From Candidatus Peribacteria bacterium (lineage in GTDB: Bacteria; Patescibacteriota; Gracilibacteria; UBA1369; LOWO2-01-FULL-3), in the NCBI GenBank assembly GCA_943358175.1, contig CALRGV010000003.1, forward strand, positions 34,941 through 98,940: DNA of 64,000 nucleotides. The letters are read 5' to 3'. The translations under genes were made by a program, and so were the position numbers. Positions 9,062-19,344 of this stretch are shown piece by piece. How positions within the stretch are numbered: position 1 is the stretch's first letter; each line of letters starts with the position of its first letter. The notes below the pieces were generated by a model that saw only the letters and a list, made by a program, of their open reading frames with translations, was not told the origin of the DNA and made no database searches.

Positions 9062-10225
9062 TTATTCCGCTGGTTCCAGTTCAATGTCCACAACGTCAAA
9101 TTGGTCGCTTAATGTTTGGGTGGCGTTATTATCGTTGGTATCGTCCGTGGAGACTTCTAATAGTGGAAGTCCTCTGTCACTAGAAAATCCTTCAAAAAGC
9201 GGAATAGCGTCTTCGTCAACTCGATGAAGATCGTATTGTAATTTGTGTGGCGGTGCAATTTCTTCTCGAGAATCTTCGTTTTTGAAGGAATCCATAACTA
9301 TTCCATTGTTTCCCCAAACTTGGAATATTTTTACTTTTATATTCATTCCAACAGGGTAGCGAGCTTTTGCTTTATTGTAAAAAAAATTCTCATCTATAAG
9401 CATGCCAACAGGGTAATCTTCTCTTTTATCGCTTAAAAAATCCTCATTAGAAATATTTACTTCGCCTGTTATTCCTGGAAGAAATTCAACTACAACGATA
9501 AAAGCTCTGTCAATCCCTACAACTGTTCCCATGAAAACGTCGCCTTGTTTTGGTCTGTAGCTAAGGTATTCTCCCAGTGCGGCTACCGCCCTTAGATGTT
9601 GCATCTCTGTGCCGATCTGTGCTGGATTTTCATCCTTATATTGCTTGGTTATTACTTCGTCTGATCCGCTACATTCAATAAAATAGAGACGCTGAATAAG
9701 ATCCGGTCTTAATGTAGTGATTATGCGTAATTGATCCATGAGAGTGGCGGTTTTTTCCACGTTGAGATAAATAGGTCCGCCATTTTGCTTACATCTGAAT
9801 AGTCCAAGTGTATCAATTGGTATTTGATTACCATGTTTCCCTATGCCTGAATTCTTCTTTTTGATTGCCCCTACTTGTTCATTCGACAGAGCTTCGCCAA
9901 ATACGAAAAATTCCCACTTAGTTTTATTCATTGTATCAGCAACGCGTTGATGTGATTTTTGTTTTATTTCATCCGGTGCAGCTCTGAATATGTCTGTAGG
10001 ACTCAAAAGATTTTCGAAGAGAATGGCTATATCAGAATGTTGTTCTCCACCAACTTCTCTGAAAAATCTCGCAATTTCTGTTTTTTTTGCAAATACCACT
10101 TGTGCTACTTGAGCATGTCTAAGCGCATTTTCAAGTATTTGTCTTCTGCGATGTTCTAATACTGGTCCCCTTCGTTCTGCAGGGATTTGATCAAAATCTG
10201 TTGTTCTAAGTAATTTATCGAGCAT
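9062..10225 (-). CDS. hypothetical protein with S1/OB-like segment and acidic C-terminal tail
   Basis: 387-aa ORF convergent with topA. GDVFMGTVVGIDRAFIVVVEFLPGITGEVNISN resembles an S1 RNA-binding fold motif. The tail is rich in D/E. I recognise no other family. Confidence 0.45.
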   Translation of the reverse strand: MLDKLLRTTDFDQIPAERRGPVLEHRRRQILENALRHAQVAQVVFAKKTEIARFFREVGGEQHSDIAILFENLLSPTDIFRAAPDEIKQKSHQRVADTMNKTKWEFFVFGEALSNEQVGAIKKKNSGIGKHGNQIPIDTLGLFRCKQNGGPIYLNVEKTATLMDQLRIITTLRPDLIQRLYFIECSGSDEVITKQYKDENPAQIGTEMQHLRAVAALGEYLSYRPKQGDVFMGTVVGIDRAFIVVVEFLPGITGEVNISNEDFLSDKREDYPVGMLIDENFFYNKAKARYPVGMNIKVKIFQVWGNNGIVMDSFKNEDSREEIAPPHKLQYDLHRVDEDAIPLFEGFSSDRGLPLLEVSTDDTNDNNATQTLSDQFDVVDIELEPAE

Positions 10226-10308
10226 GTGTTTAAATATAAGGAAGTCCCTAACTGCGGATGCGTATTATAGTATAAATTCATTGAATGTCCAGTCGTTGGT
10301 TCGGGCCC

Positions 10309-10337
10309 TTGAGATTTTGGCTTATTTTTGCTATAAT
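10309..10337 (+). promoter_or_regulatory. candidate strong promoter for the 991-aa secreted protein gene
   Basis: TTGAGA (10309-10314), 17-nt spacer, TGcTATAAT extended -10 (10329-10337), 28 nt upstream of the ATG at 10366. Confidence 0.5.
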
Positions 10338-10365
10338 ATAGTTAACAAAAAATAAAAATAAAATC

Positions 10366-13341
10366 ATGATATTCAATAAAAAAGCTTTATTTATATTGAC
10401 GACAGTTTTGCTGTCTATTTTGCAGGTTCCTGCCGCTTTTGCTGAAGGAGATGTTGTTTGTAGTGGTAGGATTACGGGCACGACAAAGATTTATAATTTG
10501 AATTCGGGGGTGATTTCTTTTGATGCTCATTCGGGTCCCGGTGCTGAGGACAATATTCCTGTAAATTTAGGGGTGGCTGCGGCCGGTGCAGTGGGGCTTG
10601 CGCCAGCGAATCGTACTGATGCTGCTTGTATTAATAAAGAGGCCGGAACGGATGTAAACACCGGAAAGGCCTATGAATACGCTTTGAAGGGTTGGTCTTG
10701 GGATACCAATGGTGGGTTCGTTTCTTTAAATTGTAAAAATAAAGCGAATAATGCCGGAGGTGCGGACGTGGCTTGTGGCGATTATAATTATGGAGTTTAT
10801 GTTTCTGCGGACAAAGGTGGTGGTAATCGCGATCTTTCCGGTTATGCCTGGAATCCTACTTTTGGTTGGATTTCGATGAGCGGTAGTGGAGCGGGGAATG
10901 CCTTTACCTATGGAGTTAAAATTGATGCCAATGGCAAGAGTAGCGGCCATGCTTATACTCAGGCCGGAATTTATATTGATTTTACCGGTTTGAATTTGCA
11001 TTTGCCTGATAAAAAAATTGTAGTGGCTACGGAAAGTTGGTGCAAGAATAAACCGCATTTGTGCGTGGAAATTACGCCGAATCCGGCGAGCTTGCCTTTT
11101 GACCCTACTAGTCTGGGACTTGACGCGGCGGCAGGAGTGAAAATAGCCGATGGAAAGGATGGTTATTATTTGGATATTTATTTTAGGGATAAAGATGGGG
11201 TGAGTATTGATCCAAAGACTAAAATTAAAAATTTGGGTGATATCCAATTTAATTGGAGTGATACGGTGAGATTGGATCAGACGGTTGAAGTTGTAGCGGT
11301 TGATGGTGAAGCGGTTAAAAATAAGCCTAAAACGTTTGGCGATTTTCAGCCGTCTAGTGATGGTGATGTGGGGCACTATATTAGTACAAATAAAATTGTC
11401 AGTTATGCGCCGACTTCCGAGTCGAAGTTGTCTATAACCACGAGTACGAAACCGGCTTATTTGACTAATAATGAAACTTTTCTTTCCAAACCGGATGGCC
11501 TGGTTCCTCCAAAAGCCAATGACAATAAGTTGATATTGAATAGTATTTCTTATCCGAATTTGGTGGATACCACTGATCCTACCAAAGTATTGATTCCCGC
11601 TACTTCTTCCCCGATTTTTCCAAATGGAAAGGTGGGATTGCCGTTTAAATTCAGGCCGGCGATTTATGTGGATACTTTGTATTCCGGGGCTAAGCAAGAT
11701 ATTATTTCGGCTTATAGATCCGTGCCGACGGTGGTGAAGAGAGGGTTGAAAAAAATCGGCAGTTTGCCTAATGGAACAGATGGGAATGTAGAATTTAATG
11801 TGGCGTATTCTGATGCTCAGACTGTACTTGATCCGAATTGTTCTGGTAAATCCTTTAATTTTGCGGTGAAGGATGGTTTGGGTGGTAGTACGAAAACTCC
11901 TGAAACTCCTGCGGCCGCTGTGAGTATTTCAAGTGCCATAAGTTCTTTGTTGAGTGGAACTTTTGATTTGAGTATTACTCCGGAGATTCCTGTTGCTCCT
12001 GATGGTACCGAGGCTGATCTGTCTTGCAAAATAGCCAGTGGAGCGACGATTTATAGCAAAATTAGTTATACCGTTGGTGACAAGAATGTTTCTTATTACG
12101 ACAATAAATTGCCGAGAATTGGCGGTGGTGTCATTGCTAATCCTGCTGTCGTCGTACATGGAAAAATTCTTGCGCAGGCCACTGCCAATGTGCAGGGTGG
12201 TCAACCGGTGCTGACATCCGGATCGGTGAATATTAATTTGGTGCGAGATGCGATTAATGAGAATTTGCAGAAGAATGCGGATCAGACCAGCTTGAACGCT
12301 TTATCTGCCGGTACTTGTACTTTTACAGGATTTGATGATCAACTTTATAAAGATTATGTTTCTCCTGGTTGTTCTGCAGGTCGTTACAGGTTTGATGTTG
12401 GAAAGGAACATGTAGTTTATACAAAAGGTAGTGATATTACTTTGGATTTAGGGAGTGGTGGAAACTGGGATGGTAAATGGGTAATTATTTCTGATGGGGG
12501 AAATATTTTTGTGGATAATAATTTACTTTCGGATGATCCGGTTAATTCAAAAATTACCTTGCTTGCTTTCAGATCGGCTGGTGCGGGAAAATACTATGGA
12601 ACCGGAAATGTTTATATTAAGCCAACCGTAAAGAATATCGATGCTACTATCGTGGCTGATGGATCGATTTTTTCTTATGATGGAATTCATGCGAATATAT
12701 ATGCTGCTACGGGTGAACCAAAATGGGATGATTATTCTGCAATGATTAGTGCTTTGAAATCACAATTGTTGATTCGGGGAGCTATATCTTCTGGCAATAC
12801 CATAGGTGGAGCCAATCTCGATCAGGGATTAGATCCAAAAAAGTATTTGCTTGGTGGAGGAGGAAGAATCATTCCTTTGCCTGCGAGTCTTGCCGATCGT
12901 ATGAGGGCTCAGTATTATGATTTAAATTATTTGAGAATGTTTAAGCTGGATTTGAAGCTGAGTTCTGAAGGTCTGCCATGGGATCAAAAATGTGGCAAGG
13001 GCTGGACGCCGGAGGATGAGGTAAATTTGAATTTTTTGTTGGCAAACCCAGGCAAGGCTTTAAGTAATGAGGATACTGCTATTTGTGGAGAAAAGCAACC
13101 TTGCAAGCAGAATGGTGCTAATACTAATCAGCTTTATGCCTGCAATGGCATTGATCCGTTATTGAAATATGACGAAATAAATTCTCCTAACGGAGATTTG
13201 ATAGTTCCCGGTGATATTGTTCAGGCCAAGGGTCTTGATGAAGCCAATGATTTTAATCCGGTGTACGTGTACCACGTAGCTCCGGATAAGAATTCCTTTG
13301 TCTTCTCGAAAAAAGGCGCGATTAATATTAGTGGGAAGTAG
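10366..13341 (+). CDS. very large secreted protein of unknown function
   Basis: 991 aa with a signal peptide, MIFNKKALFILTTVLLSILQVPAAFA/EGD. It is Gly/Asn/Thr-rich with scattered Cys pairs. I recognise no enzymatic motif. Confidence 0.7.
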   Translation: MIFNKKALFILTTVLLSILQVPAAFAEGDVVCSGRITGTTKIYNLNSGVISFDAHSGPGAEDNIPVNLGVAAAGAVGLAPANRTDAACINKEAGTDVNTGKAYEYALKGWSWDTNGGFVSLNCKNKANNAGGADVACGDYNYGVYVSADKGGGNRDLSGYAWNPTFGWISMSGSGAGNAFTYGVKIDANGKSSGHAYTQAGIYIDFTGLNLHLPDKKIVVATESWCKNKPHLCVEITPNPASLPFDPTSLGLDAAAGVKIADGKDGYYLDIYFRDKDGVSIDPKTKIKNLGDIQFNWSDTVRLDQTVEVVAVDGEAVKNKPKTFGDFQPSSDGDVGHYISTNKIVSYAPTSESKLSITTSTKPAYLTNNETFLSKPDGLVPPKANDNKLILNSISYPNLVDTTDPTKVLIPATSSPIFPNGKVGLPFKFRPAIYVDTLYSGAKQDIISAYRSVPTVVKRGLKKIGSLPNGTDGNVEFNVAYSDAQTVLDPNCSGKSFNFAVKDGLGGSTKTPETPAAAVSISSAISSLLSGTFDLSITPEIPVAPDGTEADLSCKIASGATIYSKISYTVGDKNVSYYDNKLPRIGGGVIANPAVVVHGKILAQATANVQGGQPVLTSGSVNINLVRDAINENLQKNADQTSLNALSAGTCTFTGFDDQLYKDYVSPGCSAGRYRFDVGKEHVVYTKGSDITLDLGSGGNWDGKWVIISDGGNIFVDNNLLSDDPVNSKITLLAFRSAGAGKYYGTGNVYIKPTVKNIDATIVADGSIFSYDGIHANIYAATGEPKWDDYSAMISALKSQLLIRGAISSGNTIGGANLDQGLDPKKYLLGGGGRIIPLPASLADRMRAQYYDLNYLRMFKLDLKLSSEGLPWDQKCGKGWTPEDEVNLNFLLANPGKALSNEDTAICGEKQPCKQNGANTNQLYACNGIDPLLKYDEINSPNGDLIVPGDIVQAKGLDEANDFNPVYVYHVAPDKNSFVFSKKGAINISGK

Positions 13342-13350
13342 GTAGAGACT

Positions 13351-14520
13351 TTAAACAAGGCCGTTTAAAAACAAATCAGCGCTGATGACGCGGGTGTTGT
13401 TTTTAATTAAATCTATACCGGGGGGCATTATTACCTGATATGAAAATGGGATTTTTAAGCGTTTAGTAAAATATTGTATATTCTTGGCCGGTTCTTTGTC
13501 GGATAATTTCACTTCGACCGTGAACCAGGGTTTTTTGTCTATAGAAACAATGAAATCTACTTCCCTGCCTTCTATATCTCTGAGATAGTTTAATTCCGCT
13601 TTATAACCTTTTACGTCATATAAATAATGTACGAATTTCAGCAGATGTGAGGCTATTATGTTTTCAAATTTAGCGGCTTCGTTTTCAAGTTCAGACCAAT
13701 CCCAAAGATAGAGTTTAGGTTCTTTTCTAAGAGATTTAATAGCATTGCCGGTGAAAGGGTAAATTCTAAAATGATAATAAAATCTTTCCAAAACGTCTAC
13801 CCAGAGGCTCACGGTTTTATGGCTTACTTGTAGGTCTTCTTTGAGGCTGTTGATTGACAGCAGGGCTCCTACTTTTGATGGTAAGATGTCGGCTAAAATT
13901 TGTAGCGTTGATATATCTCTAACCAAAGTGGCATCTCGTATATCTTCTTTTATTAGGCGATCCAGTCTTTGATTATGCCAGCGGCGTAAAAATGTTTCGT
14001 CTTGTTTCAATAGCGGTTCGGGAAATCCGCCAAATCTAAATAAATTTTCGAAAGATTTTTTTGAGGGTGATTCCTCAAAAATCAGTTCTTTAAATGTTTG
14101 AAATTTTTGTTTTGTCTTGTTTAATTCGGCCACTGAAAACGGATGGAGTCGGTAATGGTAATAACGTCCGAGTAGGGAGTCTCCACCTTTTCTAAATATA
14201 TCAAGTCTTGCGCTGCCGGTAACCAGGATGGAAAACCGTTCTTTGTGTTTATCAAAAATTCCTTTAATCATGTTTTTCCACTGCTTATATTTGTGAATTT
14301 CATCAAAAATCATTAGTTTACTCTTGGCGTCAAAGCTACCTTCCATGATGGATCGTCTGTCATTTTTTTCGTCCCAGTTGAGGTATTGTGAAAATTCGTA
14401 GCTATCTGTAGCTATTGATTTTGCCATAGTAGTTTTTCCCACTTGTCGCGGACCTCCAATGAAAACCATTTTTTCTTTTAGGTCTTTGGTTACAAGTGGT
14501 TCAAGATAGCGTGATCTCAT
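13351..14520 (-). CDS. AAA+ ATPase (AAA_14 / DUF4143-type, COG1373-like)
   Basis: Walker A FIGGPRQVGKTT and Walker B LMIFDEIH. The C-terminal part (...EVDFIV...) is typical of DUF4143 proteins. I placed the start at the ATG at 14520 (MRSRYLEP...). The listed ORF extends to 14757, but that part overlaps the upstream gene's 3' end. Confidence 0.7.
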   Translation of the reverse strand: MRSRYLEPLVTKDLKEKMVFIGGPRQVGKTTMAKSIATDSYEFSQYLNWDEKNDRRSIMEGSFDAKSKLMIFDEIHKYKQWKNMIKGIFDKHKERFSILVTGSARLDIFRKGGDSLLGRYYHYRLHPFSVAELNKTKQKFQTFKELIFEESPSKKSFENLFRFGGFPEPLLKQDETFLRRWHNQRLDRLIKEDIRDATLVRDISTLQILADILPSKVGALLSINSLKEDLQVSHKTVSLWVDVLERFYYHFRIYPFTGNAIKSLRKEPKLYLWDWSELENEAAKFENIIASHLLKFVHYLYDVKGYKAELNYLRDIEGREVDFIVSIDKKPWFTVEVKLSDKEPAKNIQYFTKRLKIPFSYQVIMPPGIDLIKNNTRVISADLFLNGLV

Positions 14521-14606
14521 TTTTTTAGGACTTAGTGATTCGTGAATATTATACCAAGGTATAATAAAAATGCAAGTATTTTGTACTACGGTGGAAAAAT
14601 CTGGAA

Positions 14607-16073
14607 TTAGGTGGTGTACCAATCTAGGCTTATTTCCGGATATTTTTGTAGCTCTTCTACCATGATTTTTTGGATTTCGGCGAGACGTTCTGGGGTGAGA
14701 GCTTCGAAACGGAGGGTGAGATTTGGGCTGGTGTTTGAGGCGCGGATGGCTCCCCAAGAATTTTCGTCGAAGTTTACGCGGACGCCGTCGATGGTGATAC
14801 AGTCATAGAGCGAAGTGAAATGTTTTACGAGATTTTTTACGATGTCGAATTTTCTGTCATCGGGACAGTGAGCTTTGAATTCGGGAGTGGTGCAGGTTTT
14901 TGGCAAGTCGTCAAAAGAATTAGAGAACGGTTTAGGGCTTTTAGAAGCTATTTCCAGGATTCTGGCGGCGGCGAGTAGGGCATCGTCGAAACCATAATAA
15001 TTTTCTGCGAAGAAGAGATGTCCGGATACTTCACCGGCGAGAGGCGCGCCGATTTCTTTCATTTTTGCCTCGATAAAACTATGGCCCGTTTTGCTCATTA
15101 CGGGAATGGCACTGTGTTTTTTCAGATCATTGATGATGGCCTGGGAAACTTTTACATCAAAAACTATTTGTGAATTTGGTAGGCGAGCGAGGAGGTCGCG
15201 AGCGAGAAGTAGGAGCATGAAATCGGCAGAATAATGATGGCCTTTTTCATCGACAACACCCACGCGATCGCCGTCACCGTCGAAGCCGAGGCCGAGGTCC
15301 GCTTTGTGATCCAGGACGGTTTTGATGAGGTCTGTCATGTTGTGTAGTTCTTCCGGATTGGCTTCATGATTTGGAAAATTGCCGTCGAGTTCGCAATAAA
15401 GTTCTATTACTTCGCAGCCTAATTTTCGAAGCAATTCCGGTGCGAATTTTCCGGCGACGCCGTTGCCACAATCGACGACTACTTTGAACGTTGCGCCTGT
15501 CGGCGGGTAAGGGTGGGTGATCTTTGTGCGGGATGTGATGTCGGTAAGATATTGAGGCCAGATGTTGAGAGTGGGAATAGTTTCCGCACGGGTTGAAGAA
15601 TTAAACTCCGGCCAGTTCTTTTCTTCCGTTTGAATAATTTTTAGAATTTCCTGAAGTTCGTCGCCGCAAATTGAGTGAGCGCCTTTGGTGACGATTTTTA
15701 AGCCGTTGTATTCTTTCGGGTTGTGGCTGGCGGTAATGTTTGTGGCGGAATCAAAGGGTATGGCCATGCCCGCGCAGGTGGTCCAATAGACCATGGGAGA
15801 GGTGACGAGGCCAATGTCGGTAGGCTGGATGCCGGAGTCTATAAGGCCATGTATATAGGCTTTTTTTAGGGCTTCACCCGTGAGGCGATTGTCGGAACCG
15901 ACGGCCATGGTTTTTACAGCATATTTTTTTTGCAAATAAATTCCGGTGGCGCGACCGATGAGGTATACTGTTTTTTCTGTGAGGTCTGTCGGTTTTCCGT
16001 CTACCGGGTCCGCGATGCCGCGGATATCGTAGGCGCGGAAGATTAAAGGATTTATATTCATTTCAATACTCAT
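14607..16073 (-). CDS. phosphoglucomutase/phosphomannomutase family protein
   Basis: FRAYDIRG, active-site TASHNPKEYNGLK, metal loop GFDGDGDRVGVVD, and GEVSGH sugar-binding loop. An alternative start is MNINPL at 16061. Confidence 0.85.
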   Translation of the reverse strand: MSIEMNINPLIFRAYDIRGIADPVDGKPTDLTEKTVYLIGRATGIYLQKKYAVKTMAVGSDNRLTGEALKKAYIHGLIDSGIQPTDIGLVTSPMVYWTTCAGMAIPFDSATNITASHNPKEYNGLKIVTKGAHSICGDELQEILKIIQTEEKNWPEFNSSTRAETIPTLNIWPQYLTDITSRTKITHPYPPTGATFKVVVDCGNGVAGKFAPELLRKLGCEVIELYCELDGNFPNHEANPEELHNMTDLIKTVLDHKADLGLGFDGDGDRVGVVDEKGHHYSADFMLLLLARDLLARLPNSQIVFDVKVSQAIINDLKKHSAIPVMSKTGHSFIEAKMKEIGAPLAGEVSGHLFFAENYYGFDDALLAAARILEIASKSPKPFSNSFDDLPKTCTTPEFKAHCPDDRKFDIVKNLVKHFTSLYDCITIDGVRVNFDENSWGAIRASNTSPNLTLRFEALTPERLAEIQKIMVEELQKYPEISLDWYTT

Positions 16074-16629
16074 TGTTATATTTAGTGTAATCCATAGTTT
16101 CCTTGATGTCGCGGAGGCGACTTTGGGTGTTCCAGGATTTTAATAATTTGGCGCAGGCGGGTGGCACTAATTTTTCCCAGCCTTTTCCTTTTAAAATTCC
16201 ATCACGGACTTTTGTGGCGCTGATTTTTAGAATTCTTTTTAGTTGAAAAATTTCCGGTCCAGTTTTAGTTTTTTCATGAGTGCGGTGATATTTTCCTTCG
16301 TAGCAGGCTTTGACTATTTCTGATCCCGTGAAAAGGTGAGTATATGGCGGTACGTGGCAGTTTATGTGATTGACCCAAAGAGCGTAATTGTTGACGTTTC
16401 TGACCGGGATTATGCAATATTTTTCGGCTGGAATTTTTGCTTCGCGCAAAGAGTCTTCTATTAATTGAAAACGTTCGCCGGCAGTAAAAGGGTTGTCCGG
16501 GAGAAAGTTTTTTTCAGCGCTGCCTATGACGATAATTACTCGCTCGTTTTTTTTCAGGATTTTTTTTACAACATCCAGGTGGCCCAGGTGAAAAGGCTGA
16601 AAACGGCCGATAAAAAGTGCTGATTGCAT
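16063..16629 (-). CDS. nicotinamide-nucleotide adenylyltransferase, archaeal/NadM-type
   Basis: ALFIGRFQPFHLGHL (GRFQPxHxGH nucleotidyltransferase motif) and ISATKVRD near the C-terminus. It lies directly downstream of nadE. Confidence 0.75.
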   Translation of the reverse strand: MQSALFIGRFQPFHLGHLDVVKKILKKNERVIIVIGSAEKNFLPDNPFTAGERFQLIEDSLREAKIPAEKYCIIPVRNVNNYALWVNHINCHVPPYTHLFTGSEIVKACYEGKYHRTHEKTKTGPEIFQLKRILKISATKVRDGILKGKGWEKLVPPACAKLLKSWNTQSRLRDIKETMDYTKYNNEY

Positions 16630-16666
16630 GGGTCAATTATTAATTAACAGTTAGCAATGTACATTT

Positions 16667-17578
16667 CTATTTAACCCTGATCAAGTATGGCGGATTGAGT
16701 TTATGCTTATTTATTTCGTAAAGGCGGAAAATTTTGTGTACGATGTTTGGGCTTATGCCTTTGCTGATCAGATCTTCTTTACTTAGGCCTTCTTCCATTT
16801 TTCTGAGAACAATATCTATTTCACGGTAGGTCATGCCCAGTTCTCCTTCGTCTGTTTGTCCATTGTAAAGTTCTGCGGAAGGGGCTTTTTCAATAAATTC
16901 GTTCGGGAGACCCACGTGTTCTGCTAATTTATAAACTTCGTCTTTGAAAAGGTCGCCAATTATTTCTATATCCGCCGCAAGATCGCCGTATTTTGTACCG
17001 TAACCAAGCGCCAGTTCAGTTTTATTTGAAGTGCCGATGACGAGAGCGTTGCGGCTATTGGAAAAATTGTAGAGTACGGTCATGCGTACGCGAGCCTTGG
17101 TGTTTATCTGAGCGAGTTCGCTTGGTTTCCACGGGAGAGCAAGAAAATCCGTAAGGTATTTATTGATTGGAACATTGTAGTAATTCACGTTCAAAAATTG
17201 GCAGAGAGTACGAGCGTGAAGGAGGTTTTCATCGCTGGAAACTCCTTTTTCCGGCATGGTGACACCTGTGACATTTTCCGCTCCGATGGCATCAACTACG
17301 AGTTTGAGGCAAAGGGCTGAATCTACACCACCGCTCACGCCGATAACGGCTTGGCCTATTTGTGCTTCTTTGAAATATTTCTGGATGGCCGCGACGATTT
17401 TTGTATAAGTGTTGTGCATGGATTTTTGGTGGATTATTGGTGGAGGAGCGCTTTGCTTAGCCTTTTTTTTTGGCTCAATTTTTTTTATTATTTTTGGTAA
17501 TTTTATTGCTTCGGTGTGGGTGCTCGGTTCTTTTGGTTCTTCCACGAAGTCGAAGAGGTTGGATTGTGTTTTCTTCAT
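16667..17578 (-). CDS. nadE: NAD+ synthetase (ammonia-dependent type)
   Basis: VIGVSGGVDSA PP-loop, GTSNKTELALGYGTKYGD, and PSAELYNGQTDEGELG. An internal ATG at 17419 (MHNTYTKIV) would give a canonical-length N-terminus. The listed 53-aa Lys/Pro-rich extension is uncertain. Confidence 0.85.
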   Translation of the reverse strand: MKKTQSNLFDFVEEPKEPSTHTEAIKLPKIIKKIEPKKKAKQSAPPPIIHQKSMHNTYTKIVAAIQKYFKEAQIGQAVIGVSGGVDSALCLKLVVDAIGAENVTGVTMPEKGVSSDENLLHARTLCQFLNVNYYNVPINKYLTDFLALPWKPSELAQINTKARVRMTVLYNFSNSRNALVIGTSNKTELALGYGTKYGDLAADIEIIGDLFKDEVYKLAEHVGLPNEFIEKAPSAELYNGQTDEGELGMTYREIDIVLRKMEEGLSKEDLISKGISPNIVHKIFRLYEINKHKLNPPYLIRVK

Positions 17579-17673
17579 AGAGCCGAATTATAAAACTTTC
17601 GTAGAATATTGGAAGAGTGCGATATTCAAAATATCTTGCCGTTATTGGGGAAAGATGGTTTTAGCGAGAGTTG

Positions 17674-18147
17674 CTATCTATACTTCTTTACCTGTCGGTC
17701 GATTTCTATTTGCTGATCACGTTTTTTTAGGCTTTCGCGCTTGTCGTAGAGTTTTTTACCGCGGCAGATTCCTATTTGAACTTTTATCAGTCCTTTTTTG
17801 GGATAAAGTTCTATTGGAATACAAGTGACACCTTTTTGGGTAATGGCTTCTTCGATTTTTCCTATTTCTTTTTTGTGGAGAATTAATTTGCGGGCTCTGG
17901 TTGGATCCAGGCCTATGTTGCTGGATTGTTTGTAGTGGGAAATGTGCATATTATTGATGTAGGCTTCGTCTTTTGAGACGTCGATAAAAGAGCCTTTGAG
18001 GTTTGCCTGATTGCCTTTGATGGATTTTACTTCATCGCCAAGAAGGACTATTCCGGCTTCGAATTTTTCCAGGATTTCGTAGTCGTGGAAAACTTTTTTG
18101 TTCTTGGAATAGTAACTTTCCGCTATTTTGGCTTTGGATTTTTTCAC
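17674..18147 (-). CDS. smpB: SsrA-binding protein SmpB
   Basis: NKKVFHDYEILEKFEAGIVLLGDEVKSIK, HISHYKQ, RARKLILHKKEI, KGLIKVQIGICRGKKLYDKRE. The listed ORF starts at a TTG at 18207 that overlaps the divergent gene. The GTG at 18147 gives a normal N-terminal length. Confidence 0.85.
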   Translation of the reverse strand: MKKSKAKIAESYYSKNKKVFHDYEILEKFEAGIVLLGDEVKSIKGNQANLKGSFIDVSKDEAYINNMHISHYKQSSNIGLDPTRARKLILHKKEIGKIEEAITQKGVTCIPIELYPKKGLIKVQIGICRGKKLYDKRESLKKRDQQIEIDRQVKKYR

Positions 18148-18195
18148 TTTTGTATGATAAAATTTTTCCGTATTTTTATTTAACCTTATTTTCCT

Positions 18196-19344
18196 ATGGC
18201 TGATCAATACAAAGTCACTTCCGTTACAGGATTTGGTACGAGAATTGTCGATTCTATTAAAGGTATTGGATTTGGTATCCTTTTGTTTTTAGCCTCTTTT
18301 GGAGTGCTATATTGGAATGAAGGTCGGGTAGATCTTTCCCAAATTGCCAAAAGCGCGATAGAAGTTGATTCTTCAAAAGCCGCTCCGGCGGAAGCAAATG
18401 GCAAATTGGTTAGTACAAATGGAAAAATTACTTCCACAGAAACTCTCGGTGATGATTTATATTTGGTTCCGGGAAAATATTTGGCTCAAGATAGAAAGGT
18501 GGAGATGTATGCGTGGGTAGAAAAATCTTCCAGCAAGTCTACAAAAAATACCGGTGGTTCCGAGACAACATCTACTGACTATACTTACAATAAGGAATGG
18601 ACTTCCGTTCCTTCCGATTCCGGTAATTTCAAGGTGCCTGAAGGTCATGCCAATCCAATAAAAGGAATAGCTGATTCTAGAAAAACCGTTGCTACCGCCA
18701 AGATTGGAAATTTAGATTTGGATATGAGCAATATTGAGTTGCCGGCTTTTACAGCGGTTATGGTGAATGACACAAATATCAAAGTGAAAGATAATGCAAA
18801 AATTTCCGGCAATTATGTTTTTGTTACAGGAAGCGCGAGTACAGGCACGGTGGATCAGCCACAGCTTGGAGATATGAGAATTACTTATACGGCAATAAAA
18901 CAGGATATTGATGCGACTGTTTTTGGAAAACTGGATGGGTCTAAATTGATTCCCTATGTTGACGCAGGGAAGGACAATGCTAAACTCTATCGTATTTTTA
19001 CAGCAGGTGGAACTGATGCTGCGATAGGTCAATTATCAGGCGAACACAATACTATGAGCTGGATTCTCAGAGCTGTTGGATTCTTGATGATGTGGTTTGG
19101 TTTGAGCGCTTTGTTTGGACCTATCAGTACTTTACTTGATGTTCTACCTTTCTTTGGAAGTTTGAGTCGCGCAATGATTGGCGTGGTAACTTTTGTCGTA
19201 TCCTTGGTTCTCAGTATAGCGACAATTTTGGTTTCAATGATTGCTCATAATATCTACGCAGTAATTGGTACCGCGGTGGTATTGGTGGTTGGATCAATAG
19301 TTGTGCTTAAAATGAAAGGGAAGAAGGGAGCGGCTACGGCTTAG
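18196..19344 (+). CDS. TMEM43/DUF1625-like membrane protein
   Basis: N-terminal TM followed by LYWNEGR (GILLFLASFGVLYWNEGRV), a large soluble middle, and three C-terminal TM helices, as in the TMEM43 family. Confidence 0.55.
   Translation: MADQYKVTSVTGFGTRIVDSIKGIGFGILLFLASFGVLYWNEGRVDLSQIAKSAIEVDSSKAAPAEANGKLVSTNGKITSTETLGDDLYLVPGKYLAQDRKVEMYAWVEKSSSKSTKNTGGSETTSTDYTYNKEWTSVPSDSGNFKVPEGHANPIKGIADSRKTVATAKIGNLDLDMSNIELPAFTAVMVNDTNIKVKDNAKISGNYVFVTGSASTGTVDQPQLGDMRITYTAIKQDIDATVFGKLDGSKLIPYVDAGKDNAKLYRIFTAGGTDAAIGQLSGEHNTMSWILRAVGFLMMWFGLSALFGPISTLLDVLPFFGSLSRAMIGVVTFVVSLVLSIATILVSMIAHNIYAVIGTAVVLVVGSIVVLKMKGKKGAATA

Noticed and set aside
10726-11697. 323-aa ORF antisense to the 991-aa secreted protein gene
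   Set aside because: This is a shadow ORF with Arg/Ile-rich low-complexity translation, whereas the sense frame has a signal peptide and a promoter.
10366-13341. Diversity-generating retroelement target (large secreted proteins are common DGR targets in CPR)
   Set aside because: The window contains no reverse transcriptase and no template/variable repeat pair.
14521-14757. N-terminal 79-aa extension of the AAA+ ATPase ORF
   Set aside because: It overlaps the 3' end of the phosphohexomutase gene on the same strand and translates to His/Pro/Arg/Ser-rich low-complexity sequence. The ATG at 14520 gives a normal distance to the Walker A motif.
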